Shown here in pieces: positions 23,608-33,776 of a stretch of 64,000 nucleotides of DNA; the first letter of the stretch is position 1; the number at the start of each line of letters is the position of its first letter. Under the pieces are notes generated by a model. The model did no database searches. It was given only the letters and a program-made list of their open reading frames with translations, and had not been told where the DNA came from. The translations under genes and the position numbers were made by a program. The stretch comes from Carpediemonas membranifera BICM. Taxonomy: Eukaryota; Protista; Fornicata. The stretch spans positions 186,001-250,000 of the forward strand of contig JAHDYR010000012.1 in the NCBI GenBank assembly GCA_019828565.1, written 5' to 3'.

Positions 23608-25419
23608 TTAACGCCAGTCGCGAGTCCCTAGGCTCGTCTTGCCGCTGAAGAGATGTTTCGGTTTGAAGTCGAACACATGCCGATCCGACTCGCCCTTCCT
23701 CGCTTCCCGGGCAATCTCACGACGGTAGTGCTTCTTCATGCGGTCCTTGGACTTTTCAAGCTCAGCATTGTCCTTGACACCGAGCTTCTGGGCCTCCTCG
23801 TCGGGGTCAACCTCCTCTTGCGGCCGCTTAAAGTGCTCCATGTCTCTGGGCGGCAGCAGCGCCCGCTTCCGCTTGATGGCCGCGACCGCCCTGGTCGGGA
23901 TGGTGTTGTCGGGCATCTCCTCGGGCTCCTTGCCCTCCTGGTACTCCGCACTATACGCCCGGGCCTTGGCGACGGGGTCTTCCTCATCCAAGGCCGCGGC
24001 GGCGGTGGCCTCCTCGATCATGCGGTCCTCCTCCTCTTCGAGAGCCGCCAGCTTCTCGGCAATGTCGGGGTCGATGAAATCAGCGACGTTCTTCCCGTCG
24101 AGGAACTCGGGGATGATGTCGTCCCGCCACTCGGCCGGCAGCAGCTTGTGCTCGTTGGTGTTGGGCTTATACACGCCCGCGCCACCGTTGGCGTTCATCT
24201 TCTCAACCGAGAGGACCCGCTCAGGGTTGGTGACGCCCTGCATAACTGTCTCCGGGATGTACCGCGGCCGCTCAGCGTCGTCCCGGCGGACAGGCTGGGA
24301 GACGTGCATGCGGGAGGCCAGCGTCTCCTGGGTGCGGCGACCAGCGAGCTTTGCCTCGACACGGGAGGCGAGGATGCGCTCGCACGCGGTCTTCTTGACC
24401 TCGTCGACGCCCTCCTTGGTCATGGTGGACGCCATGAGTACGGTGATGTTCTCGTCCGTCTGGTTGAGCATGTTTCGGACGATGTCGGCCCGGGAGTGCT
24501 CCCTCTCGCTGTCCTCCTCCTCCAGAGACTCGAGCGTCCAGCAGTCGGTCTTGTTGAGGACGATGACGAGGGGCTTGTTGGCGAAGAGCGGCTTGATGTC
24601 CTCAAAGAGGGAGATCTGCTCCTCGAGTGTATACGAGCACTGTTCAGAGGGGTCCATCACGAAGACGATGGCCGCCTGGAGATGTGCGAGGGCCGTGACA
24701 GACTGCATCTCGATGGTGTTGCGTTCTTCGAGGGGATGGTCGAGGATGCCGGGCGTGTCGATGACCTGGAAGTCGAGCAGCTTGTAGTTCGTGTGACCGA
24801 CGAAGAGGGTCTTCGTGGTGAAGGCGTAGCTCTCAACCTCGACGTTGGCGCGGGTCACGGAGTTCATGAAGGAAGACTTGCCGACGTTGGGGAAGCCGCA
24901 GAGAACAAGCGAGCGGGCAGAGGGATCGATGGAGGGCAGACGCATCAGGTACTGGCGGACCTGCTCGAGGTAGGCAAGGGCGTAGGCCTGCTTACGCATG
25001 ACAGTGCACATACGGCCGAGGGCGGCACGCTTGAGGGACTTAGTCTGCATGAGCGAGTCGGCGTGCTTCAGGAGGCGAATATGATCAGTGCTGATGTTGT
25101 CGATCAGCGACATGGCCATGCGTATCTGACCGAGGGCAAGCTTGTAGTGGTCACGGTCGAAAAGAACGTTCATGAGATCGCTATAGAAAGGGTGGATCGT
25201 GTCGAGCTTGGGGAACTCAGTGAGGATAGCGTTCAGCTTCTCGTGGTAAACCTCGGATGTGTAGCGCACCTTGCGCATGTAGAAGGACCGGATACGGGAG
25301 ATATGCATACCCTTGTGGATCTGCGTGGGAGTCTTCCGCTGTGTCCTCGTAAGCACGATATCTATGAAGTCCTTGGCCGTAGGAACGGGGAGGATCTTTT
25401 TGAAACCATAAACCACCAT
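23608..25419 (-). CDS. NOG1: Nucleolar GTP-binding protein 1
   Basis: Motifs FKKI.PVP.AKDFIDIVL, GFPNVGKSS, DTPGILD, NKTD and C-terminal KPKHLFSGK...DWR. Confidence 0.97.
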   Translation of the reverse strand: MVVYGFKKILPVPTAKDFIDIVLTRTQRKTPTQIHKGMHISRIRSFYMRKVRYTSEVYHEKLNAILTEFPKLDTIHPFYSDLMNVLFDRDHYKLALGQIRMAMSLIDNISTDHIRLLKHADSLMQTKSLKRAALGRMCTVMRKQAYALAYLEQVRQYLMRLPSIDPSARSLVLCGFPNVGKSSFMNSVTRANVEVESYAFTTKTLFVGHTNYKLLDFQVIDTPGILDHPLEERNTIEMQSVTALAHLQAAIVFVMDPSEQCSYTLEEQISLFEDIKPLFANKPLVIVLNKTDCWTLESLEEEDSEREHSRADIVRNMLNQTDENITVLMASTMTKEGVDEVKKTACERILASRVEAKLAGRRTQETLASRMHVSQPVRRDDAERPRYIPETVMQGVTNPERVLSVEKMNANGGAGVYKPNTNEHKLLPAEWRDDIIPEFLDGKNVADFIDPDIAEKLAALEEEEDRMIEEATAAAALDEEDPVAKARAYSAEYQEGKEPEEMPDNTIPTRAVAAIKRKRALLPPRDMEHFKRPQEEVDPDEEAQKLGVKDNAELEKSKDRMKKHYRREIAREARKGESDRHVFDFKPKHLFSGKTSLGTRDWR

Positions 25420-25660
25420 AGCTGCGCTGTTCGGCTCGAAGATGCTTCCGCTCGCCGCTTTTTTTCTCACAAAACGGAAATGGCCCTGAAACATTCTGCG
25501 GGGTGAATATATTGCACTGGAAGACACTGTCACCCGTAACTGGGACTGCTTGCTATGTAGGGCAGACTTTTGGATTGTTCAAAAATGACACAGTCATGAA
25601 CGAGGAGATGGGGGTAGAAATTGCTGTAAAAGTGGAGACTGCATGAATAACGGCACATAG

Positions 25661-28210
25661 ATGGTGCATAACGGCTCCAATATGATCCAGTCATCTCCAC
25701 CGCATGAGATCGCATTTTATGTCAACGATCTGTGGCCAACGATGAGCCACGAGAGCCATCCCCACCTGGAGAAGACACAGGCTGAGCTTAAGCTTCAGTG
25801 CAAACAGTTGAATGATACCATCGGAACCCTCGCCGATCTCCACTACAAGTCTTTTAACGATTCCTTGCAAGAGTTCAACGCGATCTCGCTACTCATTGGC
25901 AAAGTAGACGGTTACATCACAAAGATCAAGTCCAATCTGACTGAGGCCGGCACGCTATGCTCCTCCCGCGCGGACTACATCCACCAGCTCTCTGTCCAGC
26001 GGGACCAGTTTGCCCACCACGGGGAAATCGTCCGGCAGGTCCGGGACCTCATGGCCCAACCGGACAAGATCAAGGAGCTACTCGTCGCCAAGGATTATTA
26101 CGGCGGAGCCCTCCAACTGCAAAAGACCCAGAAGGCGCTGCAGGAGCCCGACCTGGTCACCTTAGAGCCGGTGGTCAGAGTCGCCGCGAAGAGTGAGAAG
26201 CTGATGAAACACCTGCACTCATGTCTGGTGACCGAGCTCCGCGCGGTGCTCTTCTCTGTCACAGACCACTTCCCCCCCGTCCCAGACCCCACCAGCGTCG
26301 TACACACGCCCCACGCCCATAAGAGGTCCGCCTCGTCCGGGTCTCTGCTCACTCAGATGATCCCCACCGTCAAGGAGGAGGGGGCAATGGCTGAGGTCCG
26401 GGCAAGGGAGATCCAGGCCCGGGTCAGGGCCGGGGCGCCTGTCGACACGGTTGACTGCGTCGCACTCATCGGGTATTCCGCCCGGATGGTCGATCCGACG
26501 CTGCCGGAGAAGATCGCGAAGGAGGCGCTCGAGGGCGTGCTCAACGAGGTGCGTGCCTCGCTGTTTTCGCACGTTAAGCGGCTCCCGTCGTCTGCCACCG
26601 TCATTGACCTCATCAACGCCGTCCTTGGGGCCTGCCGGGCCATTGCAAAGCACGTCGCGGCCATGGATTCTTTCCAGGGCAAGCGGGCGGCCTCCTCATC
26701 CACTTCATTCGCACTTACCGTCGGCACAGCTCTCTCCATGTGCCTCGCCCCGTGGGTAGAGGCCCTGCTCGGCGTCACCGGTCAGCGGGCAACCACGGAG
26801 GACATGACCGCACCCTTCCGGTTCGTTGGGGCCCTCGGTGCGGACGGCATGAGCGGGTCGACCGGGTCGGTGGGCGACGCCCTCGAGGGCTTCCCTGGTA
26901 TCCACCCTGGGGCGGACAACATCCTGCCGATCAACGAGCAGGTGAACAAGTTCATCAAGAACCACGCCTCCCAGCTGCCCGACCAGCTGCAGGCCCCGTT
27001 CACCAAGATCCGCGAGTACATCGACGACTTCGGGACCGACACCTACATCCCGATCGTGTCAGAGAGAGTGAGCACTACGATCTTCAAACTGCTGTCCGTC
27101 CCCGATGCTTTCGACCCCAGCGACGTCGTCACGATCAAATCCCGTCGCCGCAAGCCCCAGAACATCCCCCGGGTAGCCCATATGGTCGGCGAGCAGCTCG
27201 GCATCCTCATCGACACCCACCGCCAGCTCACGTCATGCCGGCCCGCCGTCATTGGCGTCATCCAGCAGACCGTCGCGACCTTTGCTAAAACTGCGCAGGC
27301 CCGCCTCGACTCCGTCATCGCAGACACTGCAGCGGCGGCGATGATGGCGAACACCGGCTACAGGGAGGCGATCACGGCCAACCCGTGGATCCCGTGGCTG
27401 TGGGGCGACACCCTGCCCGAGACGGGCGATGACCACGTGTTCCTGACTCGACTCAAGTCAGTCGAGTCACCGGTCATGCAGATGGCCGTGAACCGGCCGG
27501 CCATCAGACCAGAGGCGCTCAAGGTGATTTGGGCGATCTTCCAGGCGTCGGTACACGTCATGGAGCGACTGGGGGGCAAGGAGGCCCGCCACAAGGGATC
27601 ATCCACCTCAACACACACCGCGTCCGGGCTCTCCGGCCGTAACTCCAGGCTGAGTCAGGAGGTGCCGCAGCAGATCGAGCGGCTCCGTCTTCTGCAAGCT
27701 AACTGCGCCGCCACGCTCATGGCGGACGTACGTGCGGTGGTGAGTCGGCCCTACGTCCGCAAGGTCGGCCAGCCCACGGTCTCGGTCGTCCAGGACATCC
27801 AGGAAGTGTGCGATGCTCTCAAGTCCTCCGGCCCCGTGCTCACGGTGCTCTTCCAGGACGTGCCCGAGCTCGTGTGCACTTCGCTCTTCGACTCCATGGA
27901 CTTTGTCACAGCTGACACGATCGTGCAGGCTAAACAGGCCGTGATCCTCGTGGAGAACGCCCTCGCCTTTCTCGGACCCGGCGGCAAGTACCACCACGTG
28001 TCGCCGTCGTATTACTTCGATGGGATGAAGTCGTATCTCGATCTCTTCACTCTGGCAGACGACCTGGTCCTCCAGCGCGTGACTGAGCTCGCCAGAGTCA
28101 CTGGGGAGTTCGTGCTGACTGCTCCAAGGTTGAGGACGCTGTTGAAGTTCAGGAGGTCGTTGCCGCCAGCGTGTGCGGATGAGATCAGGAAGATCATATC
28201 GAATCTTTAG
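25661..28210 (+). CDS. SEC8: Exocyst component Sec8/EXOC4-like (start may be 25682 or 25742)
   Basis: The N-terminal coiled coil HYKSFNDSL.EF...IKSNL...P.KIKELL.AKDY resembles the Sec8 exocyst domain; helical-rod body. Confidence 0.7.
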   Translation: MVHNGSNMIQSSPPHEIAFYVNDLWPTMSHESHPHLEKTQAELKLQCKQLNDTIGTLADLHYKSFNDSLQEFNAISLLIGKVDGYITKIKSNLTEAGTLCSSRADYIHQLSVQRDQFAHHGEIVRQVRDLMAQPDKIKELLVAKDYYGGALQLQKTQKALQEPDLVTLEPVVRVAAKSEKLMKHLHSCLVTELRAVLFSVTDHFPPVPDPTSVVHTPHAHKRSASSGSLLTQMIPTVKEEGAMAEVRAREIQARVRAGAPVDTVDCVALIGYSARMVDPTLPEKIAKEALEGVLNEVRASLFSHVKRLPSSATVIDLINAVLGACRAIAKHVAAMDSFQGKRAASSSTSFALTVGTALSMCLAPWVEALLGVTGQRATTEDMTAPFRFVGALGADGMSGSTGSVGDALEGFPGIHPGADNILPINEQVNKFIKNHASQLPDQLQAPFTKIREYIDDFGTDTYIPIVSERVSTTIFKLLSVPDAFDPSDVVTIKSRRRKPQNIPRVAHMVGEQLGILIDTHRQLTSCRPAVIGVIQQTVATFAKTAQARLDSVIADTAAAAMMANTGYREAITANPWIPWLWGDTLPETGDDHVFLTRLKSVESPVMQMAVNRPAIRPEALKVIWAIFQASVHVMERLGGKEARHKGSSTSTHTASGLSGRNSRLSQEVPQQIERLRLLQANCAATLMADVRAVVSRPYVRKVGQPTVSVVQDIQEVCDALKSSGPVLTVLFQDVPELVCTSLFDSMDFVTADTIVQAKQAVILVENALAFLGPGGKYHHVSPSYYFDGMKSYLDLFTLADDLVLQRVTELARVTGEFVLTAPRLRTLLKFRRSLPPACADEIRKIISNL

Positions 28211-28320
28211 AGGACGGTGATAAATCTCGCTTAGCACTGCTGGCTGTGGCTGTGATTGTGACTCCGTCGTTGCCCGAGTTCATGACTTGGTGACGAGTCG
28301 ACACAGCACCGCAATCACCA

Positions 28321-28677
28321 ATGGCACCCGCCGTTTCAGTAGAGGCAGATGTGCAGACCCGTATGCGCAGAGGAACGCGTGCTATTGGACAAGGCGTCCA
28401 GGAAGCTCTCGGACAGGCGTCTGATGGCCAGGTTTTCGCGAATGTGACGAAGGACTTTGCTGCGAAGGAACACCGCATCAGAAACACCGATGCACACATC
28501 ATTGAGCTTGATAACAACACGCAGAAGATCAATCGTCTCTTGCGAGATCTTGCTAGTGCTGCCCATCACATCGATGATGCTGCCAACTCTGCCAGTACGG
28601 CTCTGAACGACACACTGGGCATGGTTTTCGAACAGGAGCGTGAAGAGGCACCCGCCTCCTCATGGGCCTCCAAGTGA
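28321..28677 (+). CDS. Small coiled-coil protein, possibly BORCS7-like
   Basis: 118 aa; FANVTKDFAAKEHRIRNTD resembles the BORCS7 core by eye only. Confidence 0.4.
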   Translation: MAPAVSVEADVQTRMRRGTRAIGQGVQEALGQASDGQVFANVTKDFAAKEHRIRNTDAHIIELDNNTQKINRLLRDLASAAHHIDDAANSASTALNDTLGMVFEQEREEAPASSWASK

Positions 28678-29746
28678 ACAAGCGCATGCGTGGCATGAAG
28701 TGCCACGAGTTCTCCGGCGGTTGTCGCATGAGAGTCGCACTGGCCAAGGCGCTCATGTTCCAGCCGGTCCTCCTGCTCGATGATCCCACCGCTCACCTCG
28801 ACCTCGAGGCCGTCATCTGGCTCGAGCAGGAGCTGTTACAGTTCCCCAACTGTATGGTGCTCGTATCCCACTCGGCCGATTTCTTGGACGCTGTCTGCAA
28901 CAAGATCTGCGTGCTGGAGAACAAGAAGCTGTCCTACTACAACGGCAACTACACCACCTTCCTCAGGGCCAAGAAGGACCGCGTCACCGTCGCCAAGACC
29001 GTGGCATTCCAGTTCCCGCTGTGCACCCCCCTCCGCCCGTGCTGCAGATCAACAACGTCAGGTTCGGCTACCCGAACTCCGCCGTGCTTTATGAGAACCT
29101 GTGGTCCTCCCTGGACTCGAGTATGCCTGGTCGGGCCCAACGGAAGCGGTATGTATCTCCCACACAAGGTAACACAGGAAAGTCGACGCTGATGAAGCTC
29201 TTTGCCCGCGAGCTGCACCCCCTGGATGGTCAGGTCGTCGCCCACACCCACTGTAGGGTGGGCCACTAACACCAGCACCTACGCATGACCCCCCTTGAGT
29301 TCATCAAGGACACAACCCAGCCCGCGGATCCAGACCGTGTACGGAGCCTGCTCGGGCAGTTTGATATCAGCGGGACCGCCCAGACGATGTTGATGGCCAG
29401 ACTAAGCGGCGGTCAGCTCGTGAGGGTGTGCTTCGCCTGGCTGGCCGTGCAGCAGCCTAACATCCTGCTCCTCGACGAGCCCAGTAACGGCCTCGATCTT
29501 GACACGATCGACGCGCTCGCCTCTGCAATCAACGCGTTCGAGGGCGGCGTCCTCGTCATCTCTCACGACTTCAGACTCGTCAACCAGATTGCCAAGGAGA
29601 TCTGGATCTGCGACAACGGACAGATCGTGAAGTTCCCGTCATCCAAGACCATCATGGACAATAAGGAGGACATGAGAAAGGGGCTCGAGGTCAAGCTCGA
29701 AAGGAGGAAACGTGTTATGAACTCGCTCGGCGCGGGTCGGAAGTAA
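28647..29746 (+). pseudogene. 5'-truncated ABC-F (ARB1/ABCF2-like) ATPase pseudogene retaining a 29-nt intron (29149-29177)
   Basis: FSGGCRMRVALA, LLLDDPT, GPNGS^GKSTL, LSGGQ and LLLDEPSN are present. The first Walker A is missing, the linker is deleted, there are several frameshifts, and an in-frame TAA lies near 29267. Confidence 0.85.
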
Positions 29747-30266
29747 ACGGATTCATTATGAGCGGTGAGGGCAAAATTGCGAATCTGAAGACAATTTGTG
29801 GCTTGGTGATTTGCTCTCAACCAGTGACAGAATCTGATCGAAATGCACCCCTAACAACTTCGGAACATGACATGAGCTTGTGATATCGGCCCGTATCAAA
29901 GATACGGAAATCACAAGATTCGACATATATGCCTGTCATACTCCAAAGTCGAGCAGGATGACGCCAAAGGTAAAAAGTAAGGTAAACTCTACGAGCACCA
30001 GTGGGTCAGTGTGAATGATTCCCCGCGTGCGGGCGGGACGTTGCCTTCCGTCCGACGAGGTCATCCATTGACGAGGCCAGCGCGCCCTCGTTCTTGTTCT
30101 GGACCTGACGTAGTCCCTCATCCAGACCCAGTCCGGTGAGTAAATCATCCAACAATGAGCCCAACATGCAGATATTTCTTAAATCCTTAAATCTAGTGTT
30201 GAAGAAGCTTGCTTGAAGAAGGCCAGCGGAAGGATTTTGCCGCTGCTATCAGCACAAATAGGAACT

Positions 30267-30923
30267 ATGAAGATCAATGATGAACTGGAAAGCTATTACC
30301 GTTTCATGAGCGAAACCAGCAAGGGAGATCAACGCTCCAGCTGCAATCTTGGCCTTATGGAACGAAATTCACAGGAGATCCCTGACGAAGGCGATCTCGA
30401 TTGCGTAGACTTCTATCCTCCAGCAAACCTGATCACTTCTAGTGATCTTGAACCATGTCCATGTCGGTCGGGTTGCATCCCTGTCACCCCACGTGCATGT
30501 CTCGCCCCGGCCCCGGGAGACGACGAGGTGCACGCCATCTTCACCAGCTCATCTCCAGACATGTCCTCGCTGACAGCTGAGGCACAGGAGATGGGTCCCC
30601 TGACACAAGGCCAGAGCAGACGGTGCTCGGCCTTCTCGTTCACTGGCCGATCTCTCAGCAGGTCTGCCACGTCGCCCCTGTGCATACACTCTCCGCAGTC
30701 GGCCAAGGCCAAGCGGCTATCAGTGTCGCACGTGGGCGCGCTGTCGACTACTGCTACTCGTAGTAGCACGCCGATCATGTTCTCTGTACATCAAAAGATG
30801 AGTGTGCTTGGCATAGACGCGACGATCGAGGACGCCCGGGCTGACGCTGAGCGGGGGTGCATGGACGAGAACGTTGAGAGGAATGAGACTGGCGACATCG
30901 ACAGCGATGGGAGCCAGCAGTAG
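30267..30923 (+). CDS. Hypothetical Ser-rich protein
   Basis: ATG-initiated ORF of about 218 aa filling the gap between genes; no family recognised. Confidence 0.5.
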   Translation: MKINDELESYYRFMSETSKGDQRSSCNLGLMERNSQEIPDEGDLDCVDFYPPANLITSSDLEPCPCRSGCIPVTPRACLAPAPGDDEVHAIFTSSSPDMSSLTAEAQEMGPLTQGQSRRCSAFSFTGRSLSRSATSPLCIHSPQSAKAKRLSVSHVGALSTTATRSSTPIMFSVHQKMSVLGIDATIEDARADAERGCMDENVERNETGDIDSDGSQQ

Positions 30924-31090
30924 CTAACCTGTATGATAGATGGGGGCTCTCATCTTAGACGTCGCTGGGTGTAAAACAATGGAGCGGGTGATCTGTGCTG
31001 GGTTGAGTCGACTGACTGAGATTGTGACACGGTAAGGACGGCCGACAGGACCTACAGGCGGCCTTGCAATAGTCGACTTGGTGGTTTCTG

Positions 31091-32365
31091 ATGACATTGC
31101 AGCACTTGACGGACCATAAAGGGGCACACACGGCCCTGTCCTTAAACTGCACCGGCATCTCAGGCGACACCGCTCGTTCACGGAAGATGTCGCAGAACTT
31201 CGGCCTCACAGAGAACTACCAGTGCGATGATCCTGAACTAGCGTGCTTGACTGATCCAAAGAGGGCGAAAAGGCCTTATTGCATCCTCAAGCTCCTTGGT
31301 CATGGTGCGTTTGGCGATGTGTACCTTGCTATGACCTCAATACCGATTTATAACCTAGACTACTATCCCAATAAGCCCGAGACGCCAGTACTGACATCCC
31401 CTGTGCAGCTCGTGGCCATCAAACACTTCAAGGAGACGTGCAACCTCCAGAACGTCCAGAACGAGATCAAAACACTCAATCACGTCCGCCGCTGCAAGGG
31501 TGTTGCCCGAGCCATCGACCTTGTGATCGGTGACCGCTCGGTGATGCTTGTCATGCAGTACCACCCCTCTGTCGACTTCAGGGCAGTCTGCTCCAACCAT
31601 GCGTGGACCCCAGCCATGGCCATCAAGTACGTCAGGTCTATACTCACCGCAGTGAACGAGATCCACGCCGCGGGAGTCATCCACCGCGACATCAAGCCCG
31701 ACAACTTCCTCTTTGACCCTGAAACTGGGTCGGGAGTCCTTATCGACTTCGGTCTGGCAGTCACCAGACCCACGCCGTACACGTTCACACCCGGGACAGA
31801 CCTGCAGGGGGTCGACCTTGCCCCGTCGGATCGTGGCACGGCCCACGGCGAGAAGTTCAGAACAGCGCCCGGGACGGCCGGGTTCAGGGCCCCAGAGGCG
31901 CTGCTCGGGCAGATGCGGCAGACTTCGTGGGCTGGGCTTGATGTGTGGTCGGTAGGGGTCATGCTGCTGATGATGCTGACCAACCGCACGTCCATCATGC
32001 GGACCAGGGCCAGCATGCCCATCCCAGTTGACGAGTCCAATCTCATTGCGGGCGAGCACGCGATAGAGCTATTTATGGTCCGGGCGTTGGTTGGCGATGC
32101 TGCTTTCCGGAGTGGGCTTTCCTCCATGGGGTGTGCGATCGCGCTCCCCGTCAAATGCGACGAGCTGCCAATCACCACAACCATCAGAGACGTACTGCGG
32201 GCCTACTCCGCCAGCAGCGAGGCCATTCCTGGCCTGTGGGACCTGTGCGAGGGCCTGCTCACCGTCGACCCGTTCGAGCGGTGGTCGGCCGTCAAGGCGC
32301 TTGACAGCAGCGTATTCCAACTTAGTGACGAGGAGCTGGCCAAGTTCAGTTCTTCCCGGCATTGA
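31091..32365 (+). CDS. CDC7: Ser/Thr kinase, Cdc7-like
   Basis: GHGAFG, VAIK, HRDIKPDNFLF, LIDFGLA plus an insert, GTAGFRAPE and DVWSVGV. The GT.GFRAPE motif and NFL pattern are Cdc7-type. Confidence 0.75.
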   Translation: MTLQHLTDHKGAHTALSLNCTGISGDTARSRKMSQNFGLTENYQCDDPELACLTDPKRAKRPYCILKLLGHGAFGDVYLAMTSIPIYNLDYYPNKPETPVLTSPVQLVAIKHFKETCNLQNVQNEIKTLNHVRRCKGVARAIDLVIGDRSVMLVMQYHPSVDFRAVCSNHAWTPAMAIKYVRSILTAVNEIHAAGVIHRDIKPDNFLFDPETGSGVLIDFGLAVTRPTPYTFTPGTDLQGVDLAPSDRGTAHGEKFRTAPGTAGFRAPEALLGQMRQTSWAGLDVWSVGVMLLMMLTNRTSIMRTRASMPIPVDESNLIAGEHAIELFMVRALVGDAAFRSGLSSMGCAIALPVKCDELPITTTIRDVLRAYSASSEAIPGLWDLCEGLLTVDPFERWSAVKALDSSVFQLSDEELAKFSSSRH

Positions 32366-32434
32366 GACCGTGACCTGCATCGCCCAGAGCGGTGCAGTTT
32401 ATGCATATAATTTCCATCGTCCTCCCCTGAAAGC

Positions 32435-32767
32435 ATGTCGGCGACATTCTTGGGCCTTGGTATTGGACTTTGGATCATTGCTGCGCTGACTGTGATCTTT
32501 CTAGTTCCAGCGATCGTTGCATTCTTCACACCATGGCGCAAGCGCCTGATTTCTTCCCTCATCGGGCTATACGCCGTTATAGTTGGCATTTTGATCTTCT
32601 GTCCCCGAGACAACGTTACATACCCGACATATGACGTCAGTCTCAGCTCCGCTGTGGACACTCTCCGCTACATCTGCTTTGCCACCGCCGTCATCGGCCT
32701 CCTGGTCAGTATAACCCTATTCATGCGGCGGATCGTCATGTTCAAGCAAATTGTAACCCCAGCGTGA
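32435..32767 (+). CDS. Small 3-TM protein, TMEM218-like (ciliary transition zone)
   Basis: LGLGIGLWII start, a PR motif after TM2, an RY motif before TM3; 110 aa. Confidence 0.55.
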   Translation: MSATFLGLGIGLWIIAALTVIFLVPAIVAFFTPWRKRLISSLIGLYAVIVGILIFCPRDNVTYPTYDVSLSSAVDTLRYICFATAVIGLLVSITLFMRRIVMFKQIVTPA

Positions 32768-32771
32768 CCAT

Positions 32772-33644
32772 TTACATCTTCCTTGCAAAGTTTGCCGCCA
32801 CGTAACTGACGGACGCCCCATGTCTTGACGTCAGCCTCTCCGACTGGTCATAGTGCAGTAAAGACATGTTGTACTCGATCCCTGCCTTCTTCAGCACTCT
32901 CATAAGCGTCGCGATGGGGTACCGTCCGCATATGGTGTTGCCAGTGCGGTGGAGATATGCTTCGAATTCAGCGACGTCCCCAGTGGCGATGAGGTCCACA
33001 GCCTCGCGATCCATGCTCTCTATGGCCTCGTGGATGGGTACCGTGTGGTCGGGCAGGTAGTTGTAGCCAAACCTGTCGCCCCAATGGCAGAAGTCGGACG
33101 AGATCACGAAGAAGGTCTTGCCGTCAGCAGCCAGGTCGGCCAGAAGGTCGATTGCTGCGCTGGGTAGACCTCCACCGACAACTATGGGCACCAGCTTGAT
33201 GTCCTTCGCTCCGAAGATCGTTCTGATGAAAGGCATCTGCATCTCCAGGGAGTGTTCGGCGACAAAGGCGCGGGGCGACAGCTTCTCGATGCCTCTGACC
33301 TCCTTGAGCTTGTTATACACCTCCGTGTCGAAGGGGATGGGGCCGAAAAGGGTTTCCCAGCCGTCGAACGAATCGTCGGCGACACCGGCCATTTGGATGT
33401 GTGCGACATGACTGGGGCCGAGGACGACGACACGCTCGATGCCATCAGTGGGAATGGAAGCGAAGGAGTATGCTGCCGTTGGAGCGGAGTACGTGTAGCC
33501 GGCGTGCGGGACGATCACGGCGATGCTGTTTTCAATGGGCTTCACGCCGCACTCAGAGAAGTACGTATCGATCTCTGTGCGCAAGTGCTGCGGATTACCG
33601 CTGTACCAAGTGCCTGCATGGCTTGCTGGCCTCAGATGGGACAT
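32772..33644 (-). CDS. MEMO1: MEMO1-family protein
   Basis: Motifs RPASHAGTWY, PHAGYTYS, LGPSH, EHSLEMQ.PF, SSDFCHWG.RF, NTICGRYPI and SVSY. Confidence 0.95.
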   Translation of the reverse strand: MSHLRPASHAGTWYSGNPQHLRTEIDTYFSECGVKPIENSIAVIVPHAGYTYSAPTAAYSFASIPTDGIERVVVLGPSHVAHIQMAGVADDSFDGWETLFGPIPFDTEVYNKLKEVRGIEKLSPRAFVAEHSLEMQMPFIRTIFGAKDIKLVPIVVGGGLPSAAIDLLADLAADGKTFFVISSDFCHWGDRFGYNYLPDHTVPIHEAIESMDREAVDLIATGDVAEFEAYLHRTGNTICGRYPIATLMRVLKKAGIEYNMSLLHYDQSERLTSRHGASVSYVAANFARKM

Positions 33645-33776
33645 GGTTGGTTGTTCTGTAGGACCGACTGATGACAACCCGAGTCAACGCAGGTCACACC
33701 CGGCTATCCTCTCGTTGAATCCACAACTGTAACCCCATGACACCATGCTATCGCCTTTACACCTCCTACGACGGGT

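Noticed and set aside
23653-25506. 617-aa plus-strand ORF, and similar long antisense ORFs over Raptor, PA200 and ARMC4
   Set aside because: Antisense shadows of GC3-biased real genes; no recognisable motifs.
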